Positions 13,390 to 26,830 of a stretch of DNA of 64,000 bases are shown one piece after another. Position numbers and translations under genes: made by a program. Location of the stretch: the NCBI RefSeq assembly GCF_009914755.1, contig NC_060928.1, one strand, 5' to 3'. The stretch's first letter is position 1; the number at the start of each line of letters is the position of its first letter. The notes below the pieces were generated by a model. It worked only from the letters and a program-made list of their open reading frames with translations, was not told the origin of the DNA and ran no database searches. This DNA is from the human T2T-CHM13v2.0 reference genome, Homo sapiens.

Positions 13390-13859
13390 CATGGTATCTT
13401 CCCACATGTATGCTGTTTTGCACACCTTTGCTCAGAGTTCCCTCTCTAGTGAATGTTTAACCCTCTCTCCCCTGCTGAGGTTCTAACTTCCCATCAAGGG
13501 CTCCCTTATGTACAAAACCCTTCATGAAGCATCCCCTATGGGCCCCAGTGTTTCCAGATTATTACCACTTTCTGATCCTATACTGCCATCTGGACCACAC
13601 ATTTGATTCTAAGCCGGGGATGCCCTACTCATCTTTTTATGAAGAAATCTAGTCTCAGCTACTAGCTTATACATTCAGTGGATCTTAGGATCAACTATGC
13701 CCAGACATCTCTAATGTTCTAGACAAGTCTGAATTCTAAATATTTTGCTTGTTGGCAAGAGCATAAACCCTGATTTTAGCTTCAGAACATAAAGTAGATG
13801 AAGACTAATAGAACTTTTCTCCAGTGCCTAGTTCAAGGGTATGTAATAAAGACTTTTCG

Positions 13860-14202
<343 letters not shown>

Positions 14203-14589
14203 CTACATGGCCATACCTGAGACTCATTTCATCTGTCAGCTTGTTTTTTTAACATGGTGGATCAGGGTTAGATGAGTGGTTGTCTGAGTCTAAACCTGGG
14301 AATTCTAATGTGCTAGAGACGTGATCTTCAGGAGTGTTCTGGGGACAGGGAAAGGAAGGAGGAGGGCCAGGCAGGTAGGATCCCTCATCTTCCAGCTCTT
14401 CCTACCTTCTTCAGAAACACTTTTCATGGATCTAATTCACAAGTTTATGTTTCTGCCGACAGTTTCATTTCTACGGAACATTCTCCATGGCTTTAAAAGA
14501 TTTCAAAGTTGCTGGAATGGATGATTTCTAAAGTCTATTGCAGTTTTTCTATTTTTTTTTTATCTGTTGCTGAGGATGGAGGAGAATGA

Positions 14590-14770
14590 GGGCTAACATG
14601 TACTGAGTCCTCACTGTGTGCCAAACACTGTGCAGAGTGCAGCCACTCTGATAATCCCCATTTTATATATAAGGACAAGGGCTTACAGTAAAGACATAAG
14701 ATCAGTTAGTGATTAATAAGGTTGAGATGTGAGTTGAAGTTGATGGGGCTTAACTACTATACTGCCTGCC
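14590..14770 (-). mobile_element. MIR fragment
   Basis: GCTAACATGTACTGAGTCCTCACTGTGTGCCAAACACTG...ATAATCCCCATTTTA. Confidence 0.55.
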
Positions 14771-16317
14771 ATTTTTAGTTGTCTATGGAGAAAGGTTAGG
14801 AGCTGGAACATAGTCCCCTTTGCCTGCTTTGTGAGGAGAAGATGGTGCAAATGACAAAGCAGGACATTTGCACTTGCAGAAGTGTTTGATGAAGGTGGGT
14901 CAGCCACATGGTCAACCTTAATCTCATCTATAGAAATGAATAGCTTGAATAGCTGTAGTATCCATGACTGGTGAATGCTCTTATCTTTGACAGTATTGCT
15001 TGAAATCTGGAAGAAAACTGGACTAGCAGGGATTTAACTAGACCTGATCTTCCAAGAGGTTCACATTTTTGACAATATTGCTGACCTCTTCAGCAAGACA
15101 CAACATGGCTCAGAACTCAGGGTGTTGAATTCAGCCCAAAAGCACCTTCTCTAAGGTAGCCTACAAGTCCAGATACACAAGGCAGGTGTCTCAAGCTAGT
15201 GAATATCTTATATATAACTACAAAAATCTTAAGACTTCACTGACACAAAGACACAACACAGTCTCTTAAATTAAAGAAAAAAAAAATGAGTCAAGGGAAC
15301 TGCCAATTTCAATTCAGAGAGAGCAGGGTATTGCCTGAGAGTGGTTCCAAGACAAGCAAGATTTAGCCACAGCCAGACCATTTGCCTGTGAACCTTAATC
15401 AGGAACTGAATCATACCATAAAATCTGTAAATTCCTTGTATCTGGTGCCACCAAGATGTCTGAGAGGGGCTGGTCCAACCACCCAATCAACCCTTCAGAA
15501 GATTTTTCCCCTCTGCTGACAGGGGTTCTCTGTGTATAGCTTGACTGGGAACCAGGCTAGGATTCAGCATAAGCTGCTCTGTAAAGCTGATTTTTTCCGG
15601 GAGCCACAGTATAATTTCACTAAGAAGTTGCAAGCGTGGTTTTGAAATTCTTCATATTGTCACAGAAATTATAACTGCACTTAAGTCCAGTGAATTGTGT
15701 GTGTGGCAGGGGGTGGGGGAAGGAGGGTTTGTTGTTTGGTTTTGTTTTTAAACTGGGACAGAGGAATTGAGTTAAGGGGGGAAATTAGGCCTTTACTAAA
15801 GGGAAAACACACATACATACAATAGAGCATTTCAGAGGATGCATACAGTAAATTATACTGCTCAAAAAAGAGAAATAGCATTTCTCTCCTGTCTTTTTTC
15901 ATTTCCCACCTCCTCCTGCTTATTCTTCAAGAGTCATCTTTCTTCCCCAACACACTCACAAAAGGCCTCCTTTATTACCTTTTGTTATGTTACCTCCTGA
16001 TGTGGGAGTGGTGTGATAATGGGGTCTCCCAAGCTGAGTCCTTGAGGATAGATAATCACTCTTTGTTAGCGGGCATTCCACCTTTCTTCTGAGGCTTTCA
16101 AAGGCTTAAAATAAGGCTCCACCAAATAGGTATGGCAGATGTTATTAAACTTCTATTTTTCTGGGTAAAAAACTGAAGTAAGTGGCAACTAGTGAAAGAG
16201 CCATGGCTTCTATTTTACTCATTTTGAAAGCCAAGCTTGAGGAGTTGTCATTATGTATATTTAAAAATAAAAAGAGGAGAAAAGAGTTCTCAAATAGTCT
16301 CCAAAGAATACACAGTG

Positions 16318-16542
16318 ATGAAAGAAAGAAAGAGACAGAAAGAGAGAAAGAAGGAAAAGATGACAGAAGGAAGGAGAAGGAAGGAAGGAAGGAAGGAGAA
16401 AGGGAAAGGGAAGGAAAGGAAAAGAAAGGAAAGGAAAGGGAGAAAGAAAGAAGAAAGAAAGGAAAGAAGGAAAGAAAGAGAGAGAAAGAAAGAAAGAGAG
16501 AAGAAAGAGAAAGAAAGAAAGAAAGAAAAAGAAAGAAAGAAA
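16318..16542. repeat. GA-rich polypurine tract (GAAA/GGAA mosaic)
   Basis: About 225 bp almost entirely A/G on the + strand. Confidence 0.95.
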
Positions 16543-17859
16543 GCTGCAAAAATAAAGCTGAAGTGAAATCATTTGCTGTGGTATAAACTCACCGACCCAG
16601 GTTTTCTCCCACAATATCTGGAGTTTGCAAAAGAATATTAAAAAAAAATAGATGGGGCCCCATCTTCTGGCAGTCTGAAGCAATAGCGGTAGCAATCTGA
16701 TCTTTCAGATACAGTCTGTTTTGTTTGGTTTTATATTTTAAGGTGCTCTTCAAGGTTTGTACTTCCTTAAGGTGATTGCCATCTGAAGACAACTATTTCC
16801 TTATCAGCATTTCTATTCCCAAAGGCAGAAACCAGTTGGGTGAGGGTCAAAAAAGCTTTGGGATCTAACACCAAGCCCATCACAGGTCTGGCTGTGGACA
16901 GGTCAGGCATTGGTGTGGGAGTCTGTGCATGGGCAGTTGCCTTCTGTACAGAGAAGTAGACAATACCCTTTGGATTTGCTGACTGAAACAGACTCCATGG
17001 GCCTGAATGTTCTATAAAGGTATTTTGCCAGCTGATGCTGGTGACAACCTCCACCCTACAACTCCAGAATAACTGGACAGTTCCTCGAGTTCGGCAAGAA
17101 TGATGGATGATGTGCACAAGCCACATCTTATCTGCTTCTCAGCAATGATTAATTGTTCCCCAAGACAAAAGCTCAAAGAGTCAAGATTCACTCAGGGCTC
17201 AATTTTGACCATGAATTCTGTGGTTGTTTGTGTGGGTTGTTAAGGATTAGAGGACAGACTGGGGTGAGAGGAAGGCATGGTAATGCATTGTTTCCTCAGA
17301 TAAAGCTAAAAGAGATAATCAGCTGGCTGAGTCTAAGGTTTGGATAAGCTCATCTGCTTAGTTATCTTCCTCCGAGGGATCAGTGTCCACCGAGGTTGCC
17401 TGACTGTAGACCCTGTAGTGTGATGAACCCAGAATTTCCAAAGCCTTCCCAGCTGGGGTAGATTTGGACTAGGGGCTATGCAAAAAAGCATGTTCCCTCT
17501 CCCACAATTGCGAATGAGGCTTCCCAACATCCCATGGAAATGGTGACATGTGTAGAGGTCAGATCATAGTGATATCATAAAACTTGAAACAGGATGGTAG
17601 AACAGGTTATTAACTACCTATATAGACCATAAAACATAGGGCATGGGCTTGTTTGTTCTCAAGCCAGGTAAACATCTCCAATTTCATGTCAAAGTATAAA
17701 TTAAAAACAAGAGCACCTATCTATGACATCTGCTGAAACAACGACCACCATCCCTCTAGACCGTGCTGGGCCAGCTCTCTCCTGTCTCCTCCATCTTGAT
17801 CAGCTTTGTAATGAGGAACACAGTAGTACATTAGCCTCAACATAATCATATGACAACAA

Positions 17860-18040
17860 TAATACAGCAATAACTAATCTAAACTGTGCTCTTACTATAT
17901 GCTACGTGCAATAGGGAACACTTGGCATGAATTGCCTCCTTGAATTTTTAAAACAGAACAGTGAGAGGTATTTTTATTATTCCCTTTTTATGGATGAGAA
18001 AAGGGAAGATTCGTGAGGGCAAGGACACACCAAAGACATT
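17860..18040 (-). mobile_element. MIR
   Basis: TCTTACTATATGC...ATTATTCCCTTTTTATGGATGAGAAAAGGGAAG. Confidence 0.55.
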
Positions 18041-18049
18041 CTAGCTTTT

Positions 18050-18860
18050 TTTCACTTATTCATTAATTCACAGTTCATCACAGTTTTTCTTGAGCTCTAA
18101 TTACGTCAGGCCATATTTGAGACAGTAGGACACAGCAGTGAACAGAACAGGTAGGTTCTTGCCTTCATGGAGTCTGCATCAGCAGATGATAAACAAATAT
18201 GTCATGCTATGGACTAAATTATCTTCCCCCAAAATTCTTATGTGGAAGCTATAACCCTCAGAGTGACTGTATTTGGATAAGGCCTTTAGGAGGCAATTAA
18301 GGTAAATGAAATCACAAGGGTGGAACCCTCATTTGATAGAACTAAGGTCTTTATGAGAAGAGGAACTCAGAACATGCACTCAGAGGAAATGTTATGTGAG
18401 GACTGCTGCGAGAAGGTGGCCATGTACAAGTCAGAAAGACAGCTCTCACCAGGAGTCAAACTCTACTGGATCTTGATCTGGAATTTCCAACCTCCAGAAC
18501 TGTGAGAAATAAATGTCTGTTGTTTAAATCACTGTTTGTGGTATTTTGTTATGACAGTCCAAGCTGACTAATGCATGTCATATGTCAAGTGATGATAAGT
18601 GCTGTGCAGTTTGCTATTTTGTATTTCAATGCTAGGGATTACTGTTTTATATACGGGCTAGGTATCTCCTCTCTGATAAGGAGTTTTAAGGGAAGAAAGA
18701 CAAAGAACGTGGTGAAGCAATTCCATGGGTACCTGGAGAAGGACTGATCCAGGAAGAGAGCATGGACATGGAGGGTGTTCGGAATTTCTGAGGACCAGCA
18801 AGAGGGACAGATTGACTAGAACAGAATAAATGAAGGAGAAATATTAGGAGATGGGAATGG
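18050..18860 (-). mobile_element. L2 3' region interrupted by an MLT1A LTR
   Basis: TTATTCATTAATTCA...TTGAGCTCTAATTACGTCAGGC...GACACAGCAGTGAACAGAAC; resumes after 18580 with GTGATGATAAGTGCTGTG. Confidence 0.65.
18205..18575 (+). mobile_element. MaLR solo LTR (MLT1A-like)
   Basis: TG...CA termini (TGCTATGGACT...GACTAATGCA), CCTCCAGAACTGTGAGAAATAAATG; perfect 5-bp TSD TGTCA (18200-18204 / 18576-18580). Confidence 0.9.
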
Positions 18861-18929
18861 GCAGGGATTCAAACCCAGGCATCCTACTACAGAGCCTTGT
18901 TCTTAAATAATTCACACAGCATAGATGCC

Positions 18930-21290
18930 TGACTTTGATTATTTCCATTTCCTTGGTAAGTTTTTGTCCATCCCTTCATTTATAGTTCTTTTGATTCATT
19001 CATTTAAAGAGTGTCTCTCATATATGGTATTGAGTTGGGTTTTGCTTTATAAACCAATTTGAAATGCTGCATACTTAAAAAATAGATATGCTAAATCCCT
19101 TCATGTTTATTGATAGGACTGACTGGTTTGGTCTCAATTTTGACTATTTTATGTTTTGATACATGTGTACATTTCATTACATTTACTGTGTTTCTTCTCT
19201 ATTTGATGTGTTCTCCTTTTTTTACTTTTGGTTTTCACAAAAATTTTCTTTTTAGCATAGTGTTTTTATTGGTATCAATACTTTTTATATTCTACTAATT
19301 CTCTATTTTCCTACTTACCCTTCTTTATTATCTTTTCAGTTCAAAAAAATTCTTCTACTTACACCTAAATGATTTATTCTGCTTTTTACTATTTCTCTGT
19401 CTTCTCCTCCTATTTTAATATTGTTACTTATTTTATAATTTTTTATTTAAAGATAATTCTAGATTCACAGAGGTTGCAAAGATGGGACAGAGTGGTCCTA
19501 TGTACACTTCAGTTTCCCACAATAGTTACAGATGACAAAATTGTATAGTATAGTATCAAACCAGAAATTGACATTGGTATAACATGTTTATATAATTCTA
19601 TGTTGTCTTATCACAATGGCAGATTTGTGTAACCACCACTGTGATCAAAACACAGACATTCCATTACCACAGAGATCTCCCTTGGGCTACTTCTGTATTG
19701 CCACCTCTACTCCCATCCCTCCCTAAATCCCAAAACACTGGCCATCAGTAATTTGTCCTCCATCTATAGTTTGCCATTTTGAAGGTGTTGCCTTCAATTA
19801 TTGATGTAATAAAGCTGAAGTCTGCCATATTGTTTTTTGTTCTCTGCTTATTTCTTCTGTTTTCCAGCTTTGCTTTTTCTGCCTTCCTGTAGGTTACTTG
19901 AACTTTTTTTAGAATTCTGTTTTGATTTATCTCTAGTGCTGGCATGTTTCGGTGCACCTTTCCAATTCAGGGCCTTTTGTCAGTCTCTAGAAGTCTATTT
20001 TCTTCTCTTCACCTTTCCAAGCCTTCTTATGTTCATTTTACATGTAATGTTCAGATTTTTAGCTTCACACAGTGGTAGAAATATAGGAAAATGTGTCCTC
20101 TTCACTTTTGTAGAAGTTGAAGTCTCCTCTCATTTTTAAAGTTGTGTTCGTTCTTATTTGTGAGAACATGTAATGTCTACATATTATTTTTTATTAGTAC
20201 TTTTGGCAAAGCTTTCCCAGACATCTTTTGGTTGATTGAAGCTCATTCCCTAACAGAGAATGCAACTCTGCTATTGCCTTGCTTTTCATGTTGTTTTAAA
20301 GAAGTCTGATGACAAACTAATTATCTTGCCTTTCTAAGTTATTCTATCTTTGTGCCTGGAGGACTTGAGGATTTTTTCTTTTCCTTTAATGTCTATTGAT
20401 TTTACTAGACCATGTCCCAGAATCAATTACTCCATTTTTTCCTAGTTCCCTTTAGGCCCTGTCTATGTGTAAATTCAGTTTTCCTTTTAGTTCTGGAACT
20501 TTTCTGGAATTTCACTTTTTAAAATATTAGTTCTATTTATTTTCTTATTTGGGGATGCCAATCATAGGTATGTTAGACACCCTTTTCCAATTTTATGTCA
20601 TTTCAACCAGTTTCCCTCTGACCTTTTTTACTTTGTTCTTCATGTCATCATTATTTTGATTGGTGATCTATTTTTGTCAACATTCTTTCCATTTTATTTG
20701 ATTCTATCCTCCTCTTCAGTCTTCATTACTGATGAACTTTTATCTTTTGCCCTATTTCTTTCCCAAGTCCCTTCCCAATTCATTTTCACTCATTTTATTA
20801 TTTTCTGGGTTTTAAAAAATTGTTTGCATTCTTTTAATTTTTTAAAAATCAACACAGTTATTGCACATATTCATGGGATGCACAGTGATATTTTGATACA
20901 CATAAAGTATAGTGATCAGATCAGGGAAGCTGGGTGGCACCCACCTGCAGTCCCAGCTACTTAGGAGGATGAGCAGCAGAATCACTTGAGCCCAGGACTC
21001 TGAGTTCAGCCTAAGCAACATAGCAAGACCCTATCTTTATTAAAAATTATTTTGAAAACCTACTCTTTGGGGTTCTTTCTGGGTAGTTGTTGTGTGTGCT
21101 TTTTTGGGGGTCTATTTCTGTTCCTAGTTTTCATATTTCTGATTCAATGTGTTTTTTCATATCTGTAAATTGATTCACTTTGGAGTGTTCCTTTACACTT
21201 GTTTTAGAGTTTTCTTCTGATTTTTGGCTAAATTTCCTGGGGAGAATTTCTGTTAACAGAAATGCTTTGATTCTCATTTTCTAATTTTTT
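18930..21290 (-). mobile_element. Cluster of old L1M fragments (L1MC-like 3' end at ~19440-19790; L1MA-like 3' end at ~20840-20925)
   Basis: T-rich antisense L1 composition; ATAATTCTAGATTCACAGAGGTTGCAAAGAT and GTATAGTGATCAGATCAGGG resemble L1M 3' ends. Confidence 0.55.
20928..21045 (+). mobile_element. Alu monomer (FLAM/FAM-like)
   Basis: GGTGGCACCCACCTGCAGTCCCAGCTACTTAGGAGG...CACTTGAGCCCAGG...CAGCCTAAGCAACATAGCAAGACCCTATCT. Confidence 0.75.
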
Positions 21291-21299
21291 ATAACAATC

Positions 21300-21344
21300 T
21301 CATATAAATATTATATGAGATATATATTATTATATATATTATTT

Positions 21345-21390
<46 letters not shown>

Positions 21391-21401
21391 TATATATATA
21401 T
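21300..21401. repeat. (TA)n microsatellite, imperfect
   Basis: Directly visible. Confidence 0.95.
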
Positions 21402-22825
21402 GCTTGATTTTCTTGATTCTTATTCGTTTCATGAACAGGCTTCCTAATTTAAGAGCTTCCCTTTCTTCGCGTTCTTCCCTCTTCTAGGTAGTTTCTTTTA
21501 TGGATGATTTGGGCCCTAAGTTGGGGTGGGATGGGGTGAAGGAGGGTATATTTCTCTTGGAGAGTAATTTATCTCCCCTGCTGATGTTCTTCATTGGTTT
21601 GTCTCCCAGGGGCACCAGCTCTTCTCTCTCTGCAGCTCTTCCCTCTCTTCCCTCTCTTCTCTCTCTGCCCTGTGTCCAGTACTGACAATTTCAGGTCACA
21701 GGATACATTCTGTACTTTGGATTTTAATGTTGGACTTTCGTTTCTGGGTTTATTTTGTTTGCACATTTTATGAAGACTCTCAAGCCTCCCCTTTTCTAAT
21801 CTCTCACCCACAGGCAGGGGCTCTATTGGAATTCACCTTTTTCTCTACTTACAGGTAAGTTAGAGGTTGTGATGCTTCTGTCTCCTACTAACAAAAGACA
21901 TGGTCATGTGTCGTTTTGTCTGCTTTTTCTCCTTGTTATTCTTTGTTTTCCTTTTGGGAGGGTGTGGTAAGTTTTGAAATCAAGGAACCTCCATTGTTCT
22001 CTGAATCCAGAAATGTCCTCTGCCTGGCTTTGTTTTAGACAGTCAGCAAAGCCAACTATTCCTATCAACTCTAACCCTTATTCAGTGACAGGTTTTGTGA
22101 GACAATGTCCCCCAAAGCTCCAGTTATCTTTTTCTTTTTATTGTTTTTATTTTCCCTACAAAGACATCAGGTTACCAATGATTTTGTCTACTTAGAAAGA
22201 ACATCCTATTGACTAAGTAATAATTTCATTATTGATCTACGTGTAGCCAATGATATCTTATCTGACAGCTGTATTAGCACAGAGTTGATAAACTAACCAC
22301 CAAGTAAAGGGGCATTTCACACAGCTGGAGCTAAGCTCTTGAGAGTAGATGTGCAATATTCATTAAAAATGTTTAAGATTAATAATGGCTTATGCATCCT
22401 AGTTATTGCTATGGTGAATGTCTGGAGGATCAGCAGTCCCTAGGTTGGGAACTATTCCCGTGCCCATTCCACCTCATTTAATCAGCAAACATTTACAGAA
22501 GATGGGGGTTAAAGAGAAAAGTATGAAGCCAGCCCATGAAGGAAGACTATGGACTGGAGGAGACAGATAAGCATTTAATTACAAGATTGGAAGCCCCTTA
22601 ATAAGTTGCTAGTGGTAGAGTGGGGTCAAAAGAGGAAAAGGATCAAGTCTGCTTGGGTGAATCAGAAAAGCCTTCAGAAAGGATATGTCTAAACCAGGTC
22701 TTAAAAGAATGAGTAAGGAAATTTGTCAGATCAGCTTATTCCAGGATTCAGCATCTCTCCCAGCTGCTTCCCCAGAACAATGAGCAGCACAAGTTAGAAC
22801 TCACCTCCACACTTTCACTCCTAAA

Positions 22826-22853
22826 CACACACACACACACACACACACAGACA
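22826..22853. repeat. (CA)n microsatellite
   Basis: Directly visible. Confidence 0.9.
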
Positions 22854-24489
22854 CCAAACTCAAGAAAAAGTGGATGCATTCTGTTTTTAAATATATATAT
22901 TATATTTTTTACTATAAGAGTGTACTGGAATCATCCAGGGAACTTTTTGTTTTCAAAATACCCAAGCAAGAGGCCTCTCTACTCATAATCTTGCATCACC
23001 CTCAGTGTGAACTGGGACCGGGGCATTCACTTATATAAAGAGGTTTATACGATTTTGGTCCTTAATGTGGAGAGAATTAGACTAAAGGACCTCCTGGTCT
23101 CCTGCTCTAGGTTTCCTCCAGGAACAGAAGACTTTTCTCTGCAACAATGATGAGAAGACTCTCCCGTGGAATGCAGAGCTATGTTGGTCACAGTCCCTCT
23201 GAGTGTTTCCAGGGTACCAGATGGAAAGACCTCAGTTTCCAAAGAATAGGTTCCTGTCCTCCATGATGGGGATGGGGCTGTTTCTCCAGCCCTGTCGGGC
23301 GATTCCAGTCAACAATACCACCTGAGTGCTCGCTTCTGAAGTAAACTAGCAAGTCATCTCTCCTAGTGCTTTTTCTTTCCAAGAAAATGTAACTCCACTG
23401 AGCTGGTTGTTAGTTCACTCCACTTTGTTTGATCAAAGGGAACAGGGAGTCCTTTGAGAACCTCTCTTGGGTGGAAGGGCAGGCCCGCATCTGCTGATTA
23501 TCTACCCCCACGCCCCATGGCACCCAACTGTGTCCTGGTGAGAAGCTGTAGAACTCCATGAGCCAATCTTCAAATCTGACAGGGATGGCGCCCATGGAAT
23601 GAGGGGCCATGTGCAGGCACATTTACCCGGAAGATCTGTGGCTCACGTGTGTTCGTATTTTCAACTCAGGAGCCCGGTTTTCAGCTTCTCAGGTCTAAGC
23701 TTCCTGTATGCTGGGGTAGGTGGACAGTGAGCGGGGAGAGTAGTTCAAATTCAGTGTTGGGGAAAATGCCTTCACCCTGGAAGCCTGGCCCTTGTTTGAG
23801 GGATGTGCCTGCAGCTACAACCTTTCTTTCTAAACAGCCTAACAGCTCTTTGAAGAAACATAAGAAGATACCTGCTTCTCTTTCCTATTCAATCTCAAAT
23901 CTGGCAGAATTGTAGAGTTTGTGGCAAGAGACCCAAAAAAATGCACAGGAATTAACAACTCTTCATTTACTGAGCAGTTACTAAGAGCTGGCTGTGTGTG
24001 TGATGCTGGGGAAATACCAGTGATGAGATACAGTGCTTGCCTTCTTTAAGCTCCTTGCCTAGGGAGAAAGCTAGACAAGGACACATATGAGTTATAAATC
24101 ATTCGGAATTATTATAATGCTCTAAGCAGAAATATGGGTAGCCAAAAAATCAGGCAGCCTAGAGATCTCCAAGTGTCCCTGCCTGCCTCCCAAACCTCAC
24201 CTAAAACCACTTTCTGTCTTGCTTACTTTTCACCTTTTTCACATTTGTCTTCTCTTTGTTGTTCAAATTGCTGAGGTCTTTTCCTGCCCGGGGCTTCTAC
24301 ACTTGGTGTAATCTCTACCTAGGATACTCTTTCCCCAGCTTTGGGGGAGGTCTGCCTCATTTTTGCCCTTCAGCTTTTGATTTAAATGTCTCTTCCTCAA
24401 AGGGACCTTCTTTATGACTACACTATCTAAACTTGATGTCCTCAGGCTAAGAAGTTATCGTTTTACTTGATTACTCCAATTCTTATCTA

Positions 24490-25255
24490 AATATTTTTAT
24501 TCAGGCTCCTGCAGTAGGAGAGTGACCAGTATAAACTGAGCTCAATTCTAAGCAAGACAAGGGAAATAAGGCTGCAAAGGGAGAGCAAAGAGGGAGCTGT
24601 CAGGAAGTATGAAAGCAGGAACCAAAAGAAAGTAGGGGGCTACAGAGAAATTGCACAAGAAAAATTACAGAAAGAGGTAAATAGAGAATTAATTACTAAA
24701 ATGGTTTGGTGGTGTGGGCTGGAACAATGTACTTTCTGAGGTCTGGCAGCATTATCTTTTCTTTTCTTTTCTTTCTTTTTTTTTTCTTGAGACAGCCTTG
24801 CTCTGTCTCCCAGGCTGGAGTACAGTGGCATGATCTCAGCTCACTGAAACCTCTGCCTCGCTGGTTCAATTCTCCTGCCTCAGTCTCCTGAGTAGCTGGG
24901 ACTACAGGCATATGCCACCATGTCTGGCTAATTTCTGTATTTTTTTTTTTTTTTTTTTTTTTTAGTAGAGACGGGGGTTTCACCATATTGGCCAGGCTGG
25001 TCTCAAACTCCTGACCTCAAGTAATCCACCCACCTCAGCCTCCCAAATTGCTAGGATTGCAAGTGTGAGCCACTGCGCCCAATCAGCATTGTCTTTTCTT
25101 GAGCAAAGACTTAGCTGGGGCTGAGGTCACCTTTGGGGAGATAACCTAGTGGAAGCCAGAGGTCAGCTTTAGGGACACAACCTAGTGCATATGGAAGGCT
25201 GGCTGAAGTGTGTTCAAGTCTCTTTGCACAGTGTTCAAGCAAGTCCTTTGTGCAT
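24490..25255 (-). mobile_element. Probable ERV1-class LTR (MER31/MER67-like) interrupted by an Alu
   Basis: Right end reverse-complements to AAAGAGACTTGAACACACTTCAGCCAGCC, resembling MER31/67 starts; weak recall-based call. Confidence 0.3.
24764..25084 (-). mobile_element. Alu (AluS-like) with expanded central linker
   Basis: Antisense Alu GAGACAG...CCCAGGCTGGAG...GTGAGCCACTGCGCCC; TSD AGCATT(A/G)TCTTTTCTT at 24748-24763 / 25085-25100. Confidence 0.95.
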
Positions 25256-25299
25256 GGTTCACAACACATGCATTTATGCTTAGCATTTCTTTTTGTTTT

Positions 25300-26830
25300 A
25301 GTCTATATCTAGAGTTCACTGCTATCTATAGTTACTCCCAAATAGAACAAGACCTAACCACACTTTAAGTTTTCCTTTTTCTTTCATTTGCCTTCAGCTA
25401 CCATGTGAGATAATCTGAGATTTATTAAAGTTATTACATATTCTAATAATTAAAATGTTGTTATTGTTAGTAGCATATTTTACTGGTTTTGTTTTCTCTC
25501 TTCTCCTTTTACCTCACATCTTCCTCTTGGGTTTGTTTTTTGTTTGTTTGTTTTTTTTCAAGTACAATTTCTAGTGATTTTTTCAGTTACAGATTAAAGA
25601 TGATAAACTATCCAAGTTAGTGATAAGTGCCTATTTTGTATTTCCATTTGAAGTGAACAATAGTTTGGCTGGGTATAGAAATCCAGTTATACTGTTATAT
25701 TTTCCTCTTGCATCCAGTGTTGTAAATGAAAGATTTATGCCAATATAATTTATTCTCTCTTATAGGGAACTTTCTTTTTCCTTGTCTGAAAAGTTTGGGA
25801 TTTCCTCCTTTTTTTTTTAAGTGGTTTAAAAATTTTTAAATATGTTTAAATCTGGAATATTTCACATTCTTTCTGTCCAGCACCTAATAGTCTTTTTAAA
25901 TCTGAAATTCATGTCTTCTTCAAGTTGAATATGTTTCTCCTTTTTTTACTATTTCTTTCTATGCTCTGTGTTCTTTTCCTCTAGAACCCCTCATAGGACT
26001 TCTGATTTCTACACTCAGTACAACTACTGATTTTTCCTTTTATTTCAACAAAATATCCTATGTCAATTATTTTTATTTGGATGCAATGTCCTCTCTCATC
26101 ACTCCATAATTGCTGTATTAATTTGATTTCCTTAGTTCTCAGAACTTGGGTTTGTTGAGTTTGCTGTCTTCCTTTATTAGATTGACTTTCTTAAATGTCT
26201 GATGTTTCTAATGTTTTGTGCTGATCTTTGTATTTCTGAATCTCTGTTTGTCTTTTTCAGAACTAGACTATACTGCCTGTTGCCTGCAATGATAAAACGA
26301 AGGTGAGATGTTCTGCGTACTGGGAGGGTCAGTTGCTAGGCTTCTGGTCATGGAGGCTCCCTGTTTCCCTTGACTATCATCTGCCACTCATGGGGTTATT
26401 CTGCCTCTCAGGCCCAATGCCTCCACTTAGTGCTCCTGCCTAGGGAGGACCCTTCTGCTACTGCCCTTAAAAGTGGGTGCTAATGGCAGGGAGGAGAGAG
26501 AAGCAAGCCATCTGGTTTATCCTGCTGTGGTTTTGTAGAAGTCACCTTGACTATCAAGAGCTCCCTAGAGCTCCCTCCTGCCCCAGTATCCAATCCTTAG
26601 CAGTTACACAGAGTATTTGAAGCCACTCCCAACTGCGAGCAGGCACCCCCTGGGTGTGTTTAGGACTAAGGCTTCATCAATTATACATATACCATCTGCC
26701 TCAAGCCTCTCAGGCATTCTTTATAATTTCTGGTCTATGTAGAGTAGTTCTTATTTTTCAACATTGTTATGGATAGTTTATTTTATATATTTGGGGCAAG
26801 AAAAGGAAATTTTAGCATGTGCTCAGTTTA
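25300..26830 (-). mobile_element. Old L1M fragments
   Basis: ATAGTTTGGCTGGGTATAGAAATCC and ending CTCAGTTTATCATCTT resemble antisense old-L1 5'/ORF1 relics. Confidence 0.45.

Noticed and set aside
16145-16695. ORFs of 109-144 aa rich in K/E/R or F/S/L
   Set aside because: Artefacts of the stop-free GA-rich microsatellite
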